Shown: in pieces, positions 39,742-50,305 of the stretch | Layout of the letters: the number at the start of each line of letters is the position of its first letter | Numbering within the stretch: the stretch's first letter is position 1 | Made by a program: the position numbers and the translations under genes | The notes under the pieces: model-generated | Databases searched by the model: none | What the model saw: only the letters and a program-made list of their open reading frames with translations | Told to the model about the DNA's origin: nothing | Assembly: GCA_963850905.1 (NCBI GenBank) | Contig: CAWKMU010000003.1 | Span: 256,001 to 320,000 of the forward strand | DNA: 64,000 nt | Reading direction: 5' to 3' | Source of the DNA: an uncultured Gemmatimonadales bacterium | Lineage (GTDB): Bacteria; Gemmatimonadota; Gemmatimonadetes; Gemmatimonadales; Gemmatimonadaceae

Positions 39742-41202
39742 GTGGAACAACAGCCGTCGGCCGGCGGGCCGGGCGTCGCACGCAACGCCAACGCCGTCTA
39801 CATCGTTCCAGCCGACTGGTCGGCTGCGCCTGCCGCACTGGCCACCGCCTTCGATCGGATCGATGCCGATGTGCCGGCGACGCAGCTGCTCGTCGTCGTC
39901 GCCAGCGCAGATGCGGCGGTCGCGATCACCCAGGCCATAACCGCGGTGCGCGGACAGACGATGCCCCGTGCCATTGCGGCAACAGGCGCATCGCGCGTCG
40001 CGCGTGTGTTGAGGGCAGGCGCTGCGCCCATCGTCGTTGGGGCGCCGGAGCAGCTGTTGGCACTCCTGCGTATGTCGGCGCTCAAGCTCGACGGGGTCCG
40101 CGTGCTCGCCGTCGCCTGGCTGGAAGACATTCTCGCCGCCGGACGAGGCGAGGATCTCGAGGCGGTCATCGCGGACGTGCCCAAGAGTGCGGCCCGCGTC
40201 ATCATGACTGCGCAGTGGGACGCGCCCGCGAAGGATTTTGTCGAGCGCCACGCGCGTCGCGCTCCGGTGCTGCAGCTCTCGCACACGGGGCCCGTGCCGC
40301 TCGCGGAAGGGACCGAAGCACCGACGAGGGTTTCCCCGCCCTCATCGACTGCTCCGGAACCGCCGGTCACGGTGTCGTCGGTCGCCTACGTGACGTGCTC
40401 GACGTCGGCGCGAGTTGCCGCGCTTCAAACGGTCCTCGACGAGCTCGATCCACCATCCGCGCTCATTTATGTGCGGTCGATTGATGGAGAGCGTGAGGTG
40501 GCCGATACGCTCCGCGCGTTGGGCTACGATGCGCACCATGCGGTCCGCCTGACGCGCGGCGAGGCAACCGAGCACACCGCGCTCGTGGTCCTGTTTGATT
40601 TGCCGCATACGCCAGCCGAATGGCGCGCCGCGACTGCGAGCCAACCTGCGCGCGTTGTCGCCCTCGGACCGCCCCGATTGTTGGGACAGCTCCGCACGCT
40701 GGCCGGCTCGATCGTGCCCCTCACCTTCTCCGCGCCGTTCGACGCGGCCCGGGCGTCCGAGGCTCAGCTCCGCGCCGACCTCCGGCGCGAGTTGGCGGCG
40801 GGAACGCCCGCCCGCGAGCTGCTGACCTTGGAACCCATGCTCGCGGAGTTCGATGGAGCCGCGCTCGCCGCTGCCGCGCTGCGCCTCCTCGAGCACGAGC
40901 GGACCAAACGCCCGCGCATCGAAGCCGCTCCTCCCCCGCAGCCGCCCCGAGAGGCGACACGGCAGGAGCGTCCGCGGGACCGCGATCGAGAGCGGCCCAG
41001 GAGTGACCACGGCCCGCGCGACGCACGAGGCGGACCCGGCGGCCGACGATCAGCGACCGACCGGGCGCCGACTGGGGGAGGCGGACGCAGAGAGTTTCGC
41101 CCCCGGCCGAACGACCATTCCGGCCCGCCCCCACGCGGTCAAGGGGACCGCGAGTCGCGACGGCCGCCAAACGCCAGACCCCTACCGCGGAATCCACGAT
41201 AG
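39742..41202 (+). CDS. Degenerate DEAD-box helicase-like protein with Arg-rich tail
   Basis: RecA-like motif order kept (IVVGAPEQLL, SALIYVRS, LFDLP) but DEAD, SAT and HRIGR are not recognisable. Confidence 0.65.
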   Translation: MEQQPSAGGPGVARNANAVYIVPADWSAAPAALATAFDRIDADVPATQLLVVVASADAAVAITQAITAVRGQTMPRAIAATGASRVARVLRAGAAPIVVGAPEQLLALLRMSALKLDGVRVLAVAWLEDILAAGRGEDLEAVIADVPKSAARVIMTAQWDAPAKDFVERHARRAPVLQLSHTGPVPLAEGTEAPTRVSPPSSTAPEPPVTVSSVAYVTCSTSARVAALQTVLDELDPPSALIYVRSIDGEREVADTLRALGYDAHHAVRLTRGEATEHTALVVLFDLPHTPAEWRAATASQPARVVALGPPRLLGQLRTLAGSIVPLTFSAPFDAARASEAQLRADLRRELAAGTPARELLTLEPMLAEFDGAALAAAALRLLEHERTKRPRIEAAPPPQPPREATRQERPRDRDRERPRSDHGPRDARGGPGGRRSATDRAPTGGGGRREFRPRPNDHSGPPPRGQGDRESRRPPNARPLPRNPR

Positions 41203-41412
41203 GGGCCGGTACAGACTGTGTCCCACGTGCCGTCAGGCATTGCGAGCACAGTCACCGCGTGCAGTGTGTGTGGCCGGACCGAATTACCGGTCAGGCGTCC
41301 AATGTACTCCGCGTGAGTCGGTTAGCCGTCACAAGCCCGCCGCGACACTGTCACGAGCTACGACAGTGGACATTGCGCGTGACGGGCGCGCTATCCCTCG
41401 CGTCCACTGAGC

Positions 41413-42324
41413 ATGGGCGTGATCGTGACTCTGCTGCCCCAGCCGGGGCGCCTCCAGCGCTTGCGCGCGGCGATTCGCGAGCGACATACCCTGGTGACGT
41501 GCGAGGATTGGAGCACCCTCACAAGAGTATGTGAAACGGAGCCCGTCCACCTGGCCGTGCTCGACTTGTACGCGGACGGCCCGGCGAACTTCGAGCGCGT
41601 CCGCGTGCTCAAGCTCAGGTTCCCGCGCGTCGCCCTCGTCGCCTACGTCAGCATCACGACCGAGCGCGCCCGCGACATGTTCGACGCCGGACGGTGCGGT
41701 CTGGACGGGCTCATCGTGGCCGATCTGGACGACGCGCCGGCGACAATGCTCATGCACGTCGAGAAGGCAGAAGCGCGCAGTGTCGCGAGCGTGCTGCGGC
41801 CAGTCATCGCGAACCTGAAGCCGACCGTGCGCGATGCGGTGCTCGCGGCGGTCACGCGAGCGCACGAACGACTGACCCCGGAAGCGTTTGCCCGCCTGCT
41901 TGCCGTCCCCCGCCGACTACTCACACGCCGCCTCACCGAGGCTGGCTTCCCGGCTCCTCATCGCCTGCTCACCTGGGGCCGACTGATCGTGGCGGCGCAC
42001 ATGCTCGAGGACGTCCATCGGAGCGCCGATAGCGTGGCCCAGGTATTGGACTTCCCCTCCGGCAGCGCATTCCGGAATACCTGCCAGCGCTATCTCCATG
42101 TGACCCCCCAGCAAATGCGTGAGCGCGGCGGTGCCACCTACGTCATCGGCGTCTTTATGAAGGAGGCCGGGGCGCCCGACGTCGTCATCTCGCGGCCCCC
42201 GGCGTCAAACGCCGACGGGTCCTCCCCGACCGGCAACACGAACGGTCGCCCGGCCCGCTTGACCCCCGCCCAAGTCGCCGCCATTCGCCCGCCCGATACC
42301 GACCCCAACGGTTCGACCGGATGA
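41413..42324 (+). CDS. AraC-type HTH regulator with atypical receiver-like N-domain
   Basis: HLAVLDLY; SADSVAQVLDFPSGSAFRNTCQRYLHVTP. Confidence 0.8.
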   Translation: MGVIVTLLPQPGRLQRLRAAIRERHTLVTCEDWSTLTRVCETEPVHLAVLDLYADGPANFERVRVLKLRFPRVALVAYVSITTERARDMFDAGRCGLDGLIVADLDDAPATMLMHVEKAEARSVASVLRPVIANLKPTVRDAVLAAVTRAHERLTPEAFARLLAVPRRLLTRRLTEAGFPAPHRLLTWGRLIVAAHMLEDVHRSADSVAQVLDFPSGSAFRNTCQRYLHVTPQQMRERGGATYVIGVFMKEAGAPDVVISRPPASNADGSSPTGNTNGRPARLTPAQVAAIRPPDTDPNGSTG

Positions 42325-42590
42325 CGGGGTCGCGATCGGCCTGACACCGTCCGCACGACGCTGGTCGGTCGGCGGGCAGGGACGACGCCACGCGTCGCCC
42401 TTGGTCGTTTGGGGCATTCTCAGCAATCCGGGCAGGAATCGCGTATGTGCCTTAGATTAGCCGCGATGATGGGTACCCGGGCCTCCCCTCTTTGAGGGCG
42501 ACGGGCCGGGCGGCCAACGCGGCGAGTCGGTCCCGCCCGAGCCTGTGGTTGTTTCTAGCCCCTGACCCCTAACCCCTGACCCCTGTCCTG

Positions 42591-43220
42591 ATGGCCCTCG
42601 TCGTCGGCTTGACAGGCAACATTGCCAGCGGCAAGTCCACCGTTGCTCACCGCCTCCGGGAACTGGGCGCGACCGTCATTGATGCCGACGAACTCGCCCG
42701 CCGGGCTGTGGATTCCGGGACACCGGCGCTCCAACGGATCGCCGAACGCTGGGGCGCCGAGGTGATCTCGGCGGACGGCGTCCTCAACCGCGCCGCCCTG
42801 CGCCGGCGGGTCTTTCACGATCAGGACGAGCTGGAAGAGTTGAATCGCATCGTCCACCCAGCCGTCACCCGGCTGCGCAACGAACAGGTAGCCCAGGCGC
42901 GTGCGCGCGGAGAGCGCGTGATCGTCTGTGATATCCCTCTCCTGTTCGAACGACGGCTGGCCGACGAGTTTGACCGGATCGTCCTCATCGACGCGCCGCG
43001 CCCGCTGCGGCTCGAGCGACTCGTGCGCGAGCGGGGGTTGCACGAGACCGAAGCCCTCGACATGATCACTGCGCAGATGCCCGCCGAACTCAAACGCGCG
43101 CGCGCGGACTTCGTGATCGACAATACCGGCTCGCTCGAAGCGCTGCATGCGCGCGTCGCGGAGGTCTGGGCAGAGTTGACGCGCGAAGCCGAAGCCCTCG
43201 CGCCTTCTCTCACTGCCTGA
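42591..43220 (+). CDS. coaE: Dephospho-CoA kinase
   Basis: VGLTGNIASGKS, IDAD, LNRIVHP, DIPLLFE and ADFVIDN motifs. Confidence 0.96.
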   Translation: MALVVGLTGNIASGKSTVAHRLRELGATVIDADELARRAVDSGTPALQRIAERWGAEVISADGVLNRAALRRRVFHDQDELEELNRIVHPAVTRLRNEQVAQARARGERVIVCDIPLLFERRLADEFDRIVLIDAPRPLRLERLVRERGLHETEALDMITAQMPAELKRARADFVIDNTGSLEALHARVAEVWAELTREAEALAPSLTA

Positions 43221-43249
43221 CCGCCTCGCGGTCGGGCCCATCTTGTCGC

Positions 43250-43636
43250 ATGGCCAACATACCGAGCGATTTGCTGTACACGCAGGAGCACGAATACGTT
43301 CGCCTCCGCCCCGACGGACTGGCGGAAATCGGCATCACCGACTACGCGCAGGGGGAGCTCGGCGACATCGTCTACCTCGAGCTCCCGAAGGCCGGGTCGA
43401 AGTTCTCGGCGCACGACGTGTTCGGCACCGTCGAGGCGGTGAAAGCCGTGTCGGAGCTGTTCAGCCCCATCGCGGGCGAGGTGGTGGCGATCAATGAACG
43501 CCTCGACAAAGAGCCAGCGCTCGTCAACACGGACCCCTACGGCGACGGGTGGATGCTCCGTCTCCGGCCAGCCAATCCGGCCGCGCGCGATGGACTCCTC
43601 TCAGCCGCGGAGTACGCAACGCACGTCGGCGGCTAG
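43250..43636 (+). CDS. gcvH: Glycine cleavage system H protein
   Basis: YTQEHEY, GITDYAQGELGD, VEAVKAVS (lipoyl-Lys), NTDPYGDGW. Confidence 0.96.
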   Translation: MANIPSDLLYTQEHEYVRLRPDGLAEIGITDYAQGELGDIVYLELPKAGSKFSAHDVFGTVEAVKAVSELFSPIAGEVVAINERLDKEPALVNTDPYGDGWMLRLRPANPAARDGLLSAAEYATHVGG

Positions 43637-43652
43637 CTGCGCCAGCGATAGC

Positions 43653-44462
43653 GTGCTCGCCAGCTACGACGGCTGGCGAGCCCTGACGACCTCACCAGCG
43701 TCGGGCGCCGACAACATGGCGCTCGACCACGCGCTCGTGCGGCGTGCAGCTGACACGGGTGAAGCGGTCCTGCGAGTGTATGGTTGGTCCGCCCCCACGC
43801 TGTCACTCGGCCGACATCAGCCAACGCGCGACGTCTACGACACGCGCCTGATCCAATCGCTCGGAGTCGACGTCGTCCGACGCCCGACTGGCGGGCGGGC
43901 AGTCTTGCATCACCGCGAAGTCACATATAGCGTCGCCGCTCCCATACTCGACGGCGGGATCGCTGCCGCGCGCCACCGGGTCCGCGACGTATATGCCGCC
44001 GTCAACCAACTGCTCGCAGACGCGCTGCACAGCCTGGGTGTGCAGGTCTCGCTCGCTGCCACTGGCATCCGCGCGCTCACACCTGGTGTCGGCTCGCCCT
44101 GCTTCAACGACGCGGCAATGGGCGAGCTCGTGGCCGACGAGCGGAAGCTGGTTGGCAGCGCACAGTGGCGCGAAGGCAAGGCCCTCCTCCAGCACGGCTC
44201 GATCCTCATCGACAATGACCAGTTCCTGCTGGCGCAACTCGCGCCGAGCTCCGCCCCCGCGCGCGTCGCGACGCTCCGCGCGTTGCTCGGCCGGCCACCT
44301 TCGCTCGACGAGGTCAGCACCGCACTTCGACGGGCCCTCGACAACGCGCTGGAGCGTGCCTCCCAGCCACCCTCCACCCCGCTCGATCCCGACTCCGTGA
44401 GTCGAGCGTTCTCGGCGCTCCGCGCTCACTACGCCGACCCCGGATGGACGTGGCGCCTGTGA
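43653..44462 (+). CDS. Lipoate-protein ligase A / LipM-like octanoyltransferase
   Basis: NMALDHAL, VRRPTGGRAVLH, KLVGSAQ and LQHGSI motifs. Confidence 0.9.
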   Translation: MLASYDGWRALTTSPASGADNMALDHALVRRAADTGEAVLRVYGWSAPTLSLGRHQPTRDVYDTRLIQSLGVDVVRRPTGGRAVLHHREVTYSVAAPILDGGIAAARHRVRDVYAAVNQLLADALHSLGVQVSLAATGIRALTPGVGSPCFNDAAMGELVADERKLVGSAQWREGKALLQHGSILIDNDQFLLAQLAPSSAPARVATLRALLGRPPSLDEVSTALRRALDNALERASQPPSTPLDPDSVSRAFSALRAHYADPGWTWRL

Positions 44463-44609
44463 CTTTTCGTCCTCCACGCCTTGCCTCGTTGATGGCCTTC
44501 GCCCCATCCTAGGGCCCATAACGGCGTGGGACGCGTGGATGCTGGGCGTGACGGGATCAGCTCGCGCGCCGTCGTTTGTCGCCCACCACGCTCTCCATAC
44601 CCGCCCGCC

Positions 44610-46319
44610 ATGCGCCGACGCTCTGTGAGCCACCAACCGCTCGTGACCGTTGCCTCCGTGCTCGCGAGCGCAATCGTGCTTGGCTGCGGGCGCGGCGATT
44701 CCCGCTTCGCCGCGGGATCCACCACCGGCGCCGCGGATGTCGGCGGCACACTCGTCGTGGTCGTCCCCGCGGACGTTGCGACGCTCTTCCCACCCTACGC
44801 GATTTCGACCCAGGAGGCGATGGCCGTTGCGACGTTGTTCGATCGCCTGGCCGAGCCGGGTGATTCGCTGAACACGATCGGCGATCGCGGCTTCACGCCC
44901 CGGCTGGCTGACCGGTGGGAGTGGACGCACGATTCGCTCGCCGTCGTCTTTCATCTAGACCCGCGAGCCCGGTGGCACGACGGAGTCCCGGTCCGCTCCA
45001 ACGACGTCGTGTTTACCTACCGCTTGTACACAAATCCCGCGGCTGGAATCGACAACGGCTCTCAACTGACGGCGATCGATTCGGTCACCGCGCCTGACTC
45101 GGTCACGGCAGTCTTCTGGTTCAAGCATCGGTATCCAGAGCAGTTTTTCGACGCGACATATCGAATGTTCGTCTGCCCGGAGCACCTGCTGCGCAATATT
45201 CCACCCGCCGACCTGCGGACGTCGGACTTTGCGCATCATCCCGTGGGTGATAGCCGGTTCCGGTTCAACGGATCCCCTGCACCCTCGACGATCGAGTTCG
45301 TTGCAGACACCGGGAACTATCGCGGTCGAGCGAAACTGGATCGCTTGATCATCTCCGCAACCCCGAGTTCGGGCGCTGCGCTGACTCGACTTCTGGCTGG
45401 GGACGCCGACTTCCTGCAGTACGTTCCACCGGCGAACGTGACTGACCTTGCGCAGCACCCCGAGCTCACCCCGCTGATTCACAAGGACCCGTCGTACGGG
45501 TTCCTGTGGTTCAATCTGCACGCGGGCACGGCGTCGCGGCCGCATCCCATCTTCGGCGATCGCGCGGTGCGGCAAGCGTTCGCGATGGCGTTGGATCGTG
45601 AACGGATCGTGCGCAACGTGTATGACACGCTGGCCACCGTCGTCAATGGACCATTTGCCCTGGGCACGGCCAGCGCGGACCCGACGGCAACGGCGCTCCC
45701 CTATGACACGGCCCGTGCGAATCGATTGCTCGATTCCGCCGGCTGGCGCCGCGGGGCTGATGGCATTCGTGTCAAGGCCGGCCGGCCATTGTCGTTTTCC
45801 TTGGTCGTGCCGACATCGAGCAAGCCTCGGCAGCAGATCGCCCTGCTGATCCAGGATCAGCTGATGCGAGTCGGCGCCAAGGTGAGCGTGGATCCGATTG
45901 AAATCCGCGCAATGATTAGCCGCTTGCGCACCCACGATTTCGACGCGACCCTGAACGTGTTTCGCACCGACGGCGCCATGAACGACATCAAGCAGTCATG
46001 GACGACAGCCGGAGAGCACGATGGTCTCAACTGGACGTCGTACGAGAACCCGACGTTCGACGCCCTGGTCGACAGCGCACTCCTCGGCACCAACCCGGTC
46101 CAGGTGCACGACCTGCTGCATCGCGCCTACACCATCATCAACGCGGATGTCCCCGCCGTCTGGCTCTTTCAGCCGCGAGAGGTGAGCGCCGTGCACCGTC
46201 GCGTGCACACCGCGCCCATGCGCCTCGATGAGTGGTACGCGAACCTCGCCGATTGGTATATACCCGCGGCATCGCGACTACCGCGGGACAACATCGGGCT
46301 GGCCGCCGCGCCACGGTGA
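44610..46319 (+). CDS. Peptide ABC transporter substrate-binding lipoprotein (family 5)
   Basis: Lipobox VLG-C; ARWHDGVPV...DVVFTY; VRQAFAMALDR. Confidence 0.92.
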   Translation: MRRRSVSHQPLVTVASVLASAIVLGCGRGDSRFAAGSTTGAADVGGTLVVVVPADVATLFPPYAISTQEAMAVATLFDRLAEPGDSLNTIGDRGFTPRLADRWEWTHDSLAVVFHLDPRARWHDGVPVRSNDVVFTYRLYTNPAAGIDNGSQLTAIDSVTAPDSVTAVFWFKHRYPEQFFDATYRMFVCPEHLLRNIPPADLRTSDFAHHPVGDSRFRFNGSPAPSTIEFVADTGNYRGRAKLDRLIISATPSSGAALTRLLAGDADFLQYVPPANVTDLAQHPELTPLIHKDPSYGFLWFNLHAGTASRPHPIFGDRAVRQAFAMALDRERIVRNVYDTLATVVNGPFALGTASADPTATALPYDTARANRLLDSAGWRRGADGIRVKAGRPLSFSLVVPTSSKPRQQIALLIQDQLMRVGAKVSVDPIEIRAMISRLRTHDFDATLNVFRTDGAMNDIKQSWTTAGEHDGLNWTSYENPTFDALVDSALLGTNPVQVHDLLHRAYTIINADVPAVWLFQPREVSAVHRRVHTAPMRLDEWYANLADWYIPAASRLPRDNIGLAAAPR

Positions 46320-46351
46320 TGCCGGCCTCCGGCTGACAGCAGCGCCGACGC

Positions 46352-47347
46352 ATGCGCGCCTGGCTCGTCCGCCGCTTGCTCCAAGCCGCCATCGTCGTCG
46401 TCGCCGTGGCGACCCTGACGTTCTTCCTCATTCACCTGGCGCCGGGCGATCCCCTGGGGGATCCGGGCAGTGGGCGAATGTCGGAGGCCACGCGAGAGTT
46501 CTGGCGTCACGCCTACGGCCTCGACCAGCCGCTCGGGGTCCAATACGTGAAGTTCATCGCCGGCGTCGCGCGAGGCCGCCTCGGATACTCGATCAGCTAC
46601 AACGAGCCGGTGAGCAGCGTGCTCGCACGCGCGCTCCCCAATACCCTGCTGCTCGCGGGGTCTGGGCTCGCGCTGAGTTTCGGCCTTGGCGTGCTGATCG
46701 CGCTCATTCAGGTCGCACGCCGCGGGTCGCTCGCTGATCGGTTGCTCGGCGGCATCTCCCTTGCCCTCTACTGCACGCCGGATTTCTGGTTGGCGCAGGT
46801 GGCCCTCCTCGTCTTCGCGTACTGGTTGCCCCTCTTTCCGGCCAGCGGAGTCGTCGACCCCGTCATGCACCGGTACCTCGCCGCGTGGCCCGCACTCGCG
46901 GACCGCGTGTATCACCTCGTGTTGCCGGCACTGACACTCACCGCGCTCACGACAGCGTTCGTCGCGCGCTTTCAACGAGCCGCTCTGCTCAATGTGGCAG
47001 CCGACGACTATCTCCGTACGGCGCGCGCGAAGGGGGTACCGGAGTGGGCGGTGATCGTTCGGCATGCGCTGCGAAACGCGGCCATCCCGATCATTTCGTT
47101 GCTTGGCCTCTCGCTGCCAGTCTTTGCGACCGGCACGGTGTTCATCGAGAAGGTCTTCTCCTGGCCGGGCGTCGGCGCGCTCGCAGTGGACGCCGTCGCG
47201 GCTCGCGACTACCCACTCGTCATCGGCTGCGCGTTGATCGCGAGCATCGCCGTCGTGGTCGGTAGTCTTGTGGCGGACGTTCTCTACACCGTCGCGGATC
47301 CACGGCTTCGCCATGTGTCCGTGACGACCGTCTCCGCCACCGCATGA
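46352..47347 (+). CDS. Peptide ABC permease (OppB/DppB type)
   Basis: APGDP, GLDQPL, YLRTARAKG, HALRNA and DPRLR motifs. Confidence 0.93.
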   Translation: MRAWLVRRLLQAAIVVVAVATLTFFLIHLAPGDPLGDPGSGRMSEATREFWRHAYGLDQPLGVQYVKFIAGVARGRLGYSISYNEPVSSVLARALPNTLLLAGSGLALSFGLGVLIALIQVARRGSLADRLLGGISLALYCTPDFWLAQVALLVFAYWLPLFPASGVVDPVMHRYLAAWPALADRVYHLVLPALTLTALTTAFVARFQRAALLNVAADDYLRTARAKGVPEWAVIVRHALRNAAIPIISLLGLSLPVFATGTVFIEKVFSWPGVGALAVDAVAARDYPLVIGCALIASIAVVVGSLVADVLYTVADPRLRHVSVTTVSATA

Positions 47348-48273
47348 TCGCCGCCTCCTCGACGACGCGCCCCACGCCGCGGGCCGGGCTCGACTCCCTG
47401 CTGCCGGTCGCATCGGTGCCCGTGGCCGCACCATGGAGCGCTGTCTGGCGGCGCTTTCGCCGTGATCAGGGAGCGGTCGTCGGGCTCGCGGTCATCCTCG
47501 GCGTGATCGTTGTCGCCCTGCTCGCGCCCGCGCTCGCGCCGTTCCCGCCAAACACTCCGCTCGATCTGATCGCGCTCAAGAGCCAGGGCCCGTCGTGGGC
47601 ACATCCCTTCGGCACCGATCCGCTGAGTCGCAATGTGCTGAGTCGCGTCCTGTACGCGAGTCGCGTCTCGCTGTCGGTCGCGGTGCTCTCGACGCTCATG
47701 GCCACCACCGTCGGCACGCTGTACGGGGCGATCTCCGGCTACGCGGGAGGCGGCGTCGACGAACTGATGATGCGCATTACCGACGCGTGTCTCTCAATGC
47801 CGCGCGTGCTGCTGTTGCTGGTCATTGTCACGCTCTGGAATCGGCTGTCGCTCGGCGCGCTCATCCTGACGCTCGGGCTGACCGGATGGTTCGGCATGAG
47901 TCGCATCGTTCGCGCGGAGGTGCTCGCACTGCGTGACCGGGAATGGGTGGTGGCCGCGCGCGCACTCGGGGCGAGCGCTCCAAGAATCCTCTTTCGGCAC
48001 GCCCTCCCCAACGCGACATCGCCGATCATCGTGGGGGCCGCCCTCGGCGTGGGCCAGGTCATTCTGCTCGAGGCCGGCCTGTCGTTCCTCGGTCTTGGCG
48101 TGCAGCCGCCGTATCCCAGCTGGGGCAACATCATGTTGGACGGCGCCGATCAGATCCAAAGCCTGTGGTGGCTGTCCATCTTCCCCGGCGTTGCCATTGT
48201 CAGCACGGTGATGGCCATCAACGCCGTGGCCGACGGATTGCGCGACGCCGCGAGCTCGGCCAGCACACCGTGA
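47344..48273 (+). CDS. Peptide ABC permease (OppC/DppC type)
   Basis: HPFGTD, AARALGAS, LSFLGLG and DGLRDA motifs. Confidence 0.93.
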   Translation: MIAASSTTRPTPRAGLDSLLPVASVPVAAPWSAVWRRFRRDQGAVVGLAVILGVIVVALLAPALAPFPPNTPLDLIALKSQGPSWAHPFGTDPLSRNVLSRVLYASRVSLSVAVLSTLMATTVGTLYGAISGYAGGGVDELMMRITDACLSMPRVLLLLVIVTLWNRLSLGALILTLGLTGWFGMSRIVRAEVLALRDREWVVAARALGASAPRILFRHALPNATSPIIVGAALGVGQVILLEAGLSFLGLGVQPPYPSWGNIMLDGADQIQSLWWLSIFPGVAIVSTVMAINAVADGLRDAASSASTP

Positions 48274-49274
48274 GCAGTCCCCTGCTCTCGATCCGCGACC
48301 TGCGCGTCACCTTCCATACGGACGGACCGCCCGCCCGAGCAGTCGACGGCGTGTCACTCGAGGCGGCGCAGGGCGAAACCGTTGGCGTGGTCGGTGAATC
48401 GGGCTGTGGCAAATCCGCCACCGCGCTGTCCATTCTGCGCCTGATTCGTCCGCCCGGCGAGATTGACCCTCGGAGCGTCGTGGAGTTCGAGGGGACGGAC
48501 CTGATGCGCCTCGAACCAGGCGACCTGCGCGCGATTCGCGGGAACCGGATCGGGATGGTGTTTCAGGAACCAGCGAGTGCCCTCAATCCGGTGTACACTG
48601 TCGGTTGGCAGATCGCCGAAGCCGTGCGGGTCCACACGCGGGCGCGTCGAGGCGAGGCATGGACACGCGCCGTGGAGTCGCTGCGAGAGGTGGGCGTCCC
48701 AGCGCCGGAAGAACGGGCTCACCACTACCCCCACCAGCTGTCGGGCGGCACCCGTCAACGAGTCATGATCGCCATGGCGCTCGTGCAGCATCCGGCGCTG
48801 CTGATTGCGGATGAGCCGACGTCTGCCCTCGACGTGACGATCCAGGCACAGATTCTTGCGCTCCTCGTCGAGTTGAGGCGGCGACTCGGCATGGCCATGC
48901 TGTTGATCAGTCACGACCTTGGCGTCGTCGCCGCGATCGCGACCCGCGTGATCGTGATGTATGCGGGCCTCGTCGTGGAAGAAGCACCAGTCGCAGAGCT
49001 GTTCGCGGCGCCCCACCACCCATACACAATCGGCTTGCTCCGCGCCGTGCCGCGGCTCGACGTCACGGACACTCCGACCGCGCGGCTCGCCACGATCCCC
49101 GGCACCGTGCCACCAGCGACCGCGTGGCCCGCGGGGTGCCGATTCCGCGATCGATGTGCGCTGGCATGGGAACGGTGCGCGACTGAGGCGCCACCGCTGT
49201 ATCAGATTGGCGCCGGTCATGTCTCGCGTTGTCACCTCGCGGACACGCCCGGCAGGGTCAAGGGTCAGGGATGA
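48270..49274 (+). CDS. Peptide ABC ATPase (OppD/DppD type)
   Basis: [25 protein letters not shown] and GCRFRDRC motifs. Confidence 0.93.
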   Translation: MSSPLLSIRDLRVTFHTDGPPARAVDGVSLEAAQGETVGVVGESGCGKSATALSILRLIRPPGEIDPRSVVEFEGTDLMRLEPGDLRAIRGNRIGMVFQEPASALNPVYTVGWQIAEAVRVHTRARRGEAWTRAVESLREVGVPAPEERAHHYPHQLSGGTRQRVMIAMALVQHPALLIADEPTSALDVTIQAQILALLVELRRRLGMAMLLISHDLGVVAAIATRVIVMYAGLVVEEAPVAELFAAPHHPYTIGLLRAVPRLDVTDTPTARLATIPGTVPPATAWPAGCRFRDRCALAWERCATEAPPLYQIGAGHVSRCHLADTPGRVKGQG

Positions 49275-50245
49275 CGCCGCTCGTGTCCGTGCGAGAGCTG
49301 TGCAAGGTGTACCCATTCGCGGCAAATGGTCGGCGCGGACCCCGAGTGATCCGCGCCGTCGATGGCGTATCGTTCGACATCGCGCGCGGTGAAACGCTGG
49401 CCCTCGTTGGCGAGTCGGGATGCGGCAAGACGACCACCGGGCGCGCCGTGCTGCGCCTCATCGAACCGACGTCAGGCACCGTATCGTTCGATGGGACTGA
49501 CGTCCTCGCACTCGGCGCCGCATCCCTTCGGCGCATGCGCCGGCGGATGCAGCTGGTGTTTCAGGATCCGTATGCGTCGCTCAACCCGCGCCTCACCGTC
49601 GGGGCGAGCATTCGTGAGGGGCTGACGATTCACCGATTGGCCGAGGGCGCGGCAGCCGACGCGCGGGTCGGCCAGCTGCTCGCCGAAGTAGGGCTGCGGC
49701 CCGACGATGCGCGTCGCTACCCCCACCAATTCTCAGGCGGACAGCGACAGCGGATCGGGATCGCGCGCGCGTTCGCTGTGGAGCCCGAGTTCGTGGTGTG
49801 CGACGAGCCGGTGTCGGCGCTCGATGTGTCGGTGCAGGCACAGGTGCTCAACCTGCTGCAGGACCTCCAGCGCGACCGTGGCCTCACCTATCTGCTCATC
49901 GCCCACGACCTCGCGGTCGTCGCGCACATGGCGACCCGCGTGGCGGTCATGTACCTCGGTCGGATCGTCGAGCTGGGTCCGGCCGGCGATGTCTACCGCC
50001 GGCCGCGCATGCCGTACACGCGTGCGCTCCTGGCCGCCGCGCCCGTCCCCGATCCCGCGGCTCGGCGCATGCCCGTCGTCCTGGCCGGCGAGCCAATGTC
50101 CCCCGTGGATCTTCCGACCGGTTGTCCGTTGTACCCTCGCTGCCCGCACCCGGCCAAGGATACTGCGTGCACCCAGATGCGCCCCGTCCTCGAGGAGAAA
50201 ATGCCCGGCCACTGGGCCGCCTGCATCAAAGAACCACCGGATTGA
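49271..50245 (+). CDS. Peptide ABC ATPase (OppF/DppF type)
   Basis: [16 protein letters not shown] and CDEPVSALD motifs. Confidence 0.93.
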   Translation: MTPLVSVRELCKVYPFAANGRRGPRVIRAVDGVSFDIARGETLALVGESGCGKTTTGRAVLRLIEPTSGTVSFDGTDVLALGAASLRRMRRRMQLVFQDPYASLNPRLTVGASIREGLTIHRLAEGAAADARVGQLLAEVGLRPDDARRYPHQFSGGQRQRIGIARAFAVEPEFVVCDEPVSALDVSVQAQVLNLLQDLQRDRGLTYLLIAHDLAVVAHMATRVAVMYLGRIVELGPAGDVYRRPRMPYTRALLAAAPVPDPAARRMPVVLAGEPMSPVDLPTGCPLYPRCPHPAKDTACTQMRPVLEEKMPGHWAACIKEPPD

Positions 50246-50305
50246 CAAACGCTCGTCCCGCCCGCCGCTTTCGACGTCTCGTTTTCTCCACCCTTCAGCA
50301 GACCA

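Noticed and set aside
42440..42560. Possible riboswitch or ncRNA upstream of coaE
   Set aside because: GC-rich with a TAGATT -10-like box, but I recognise no RNA family consensus; it needs an Rfam search
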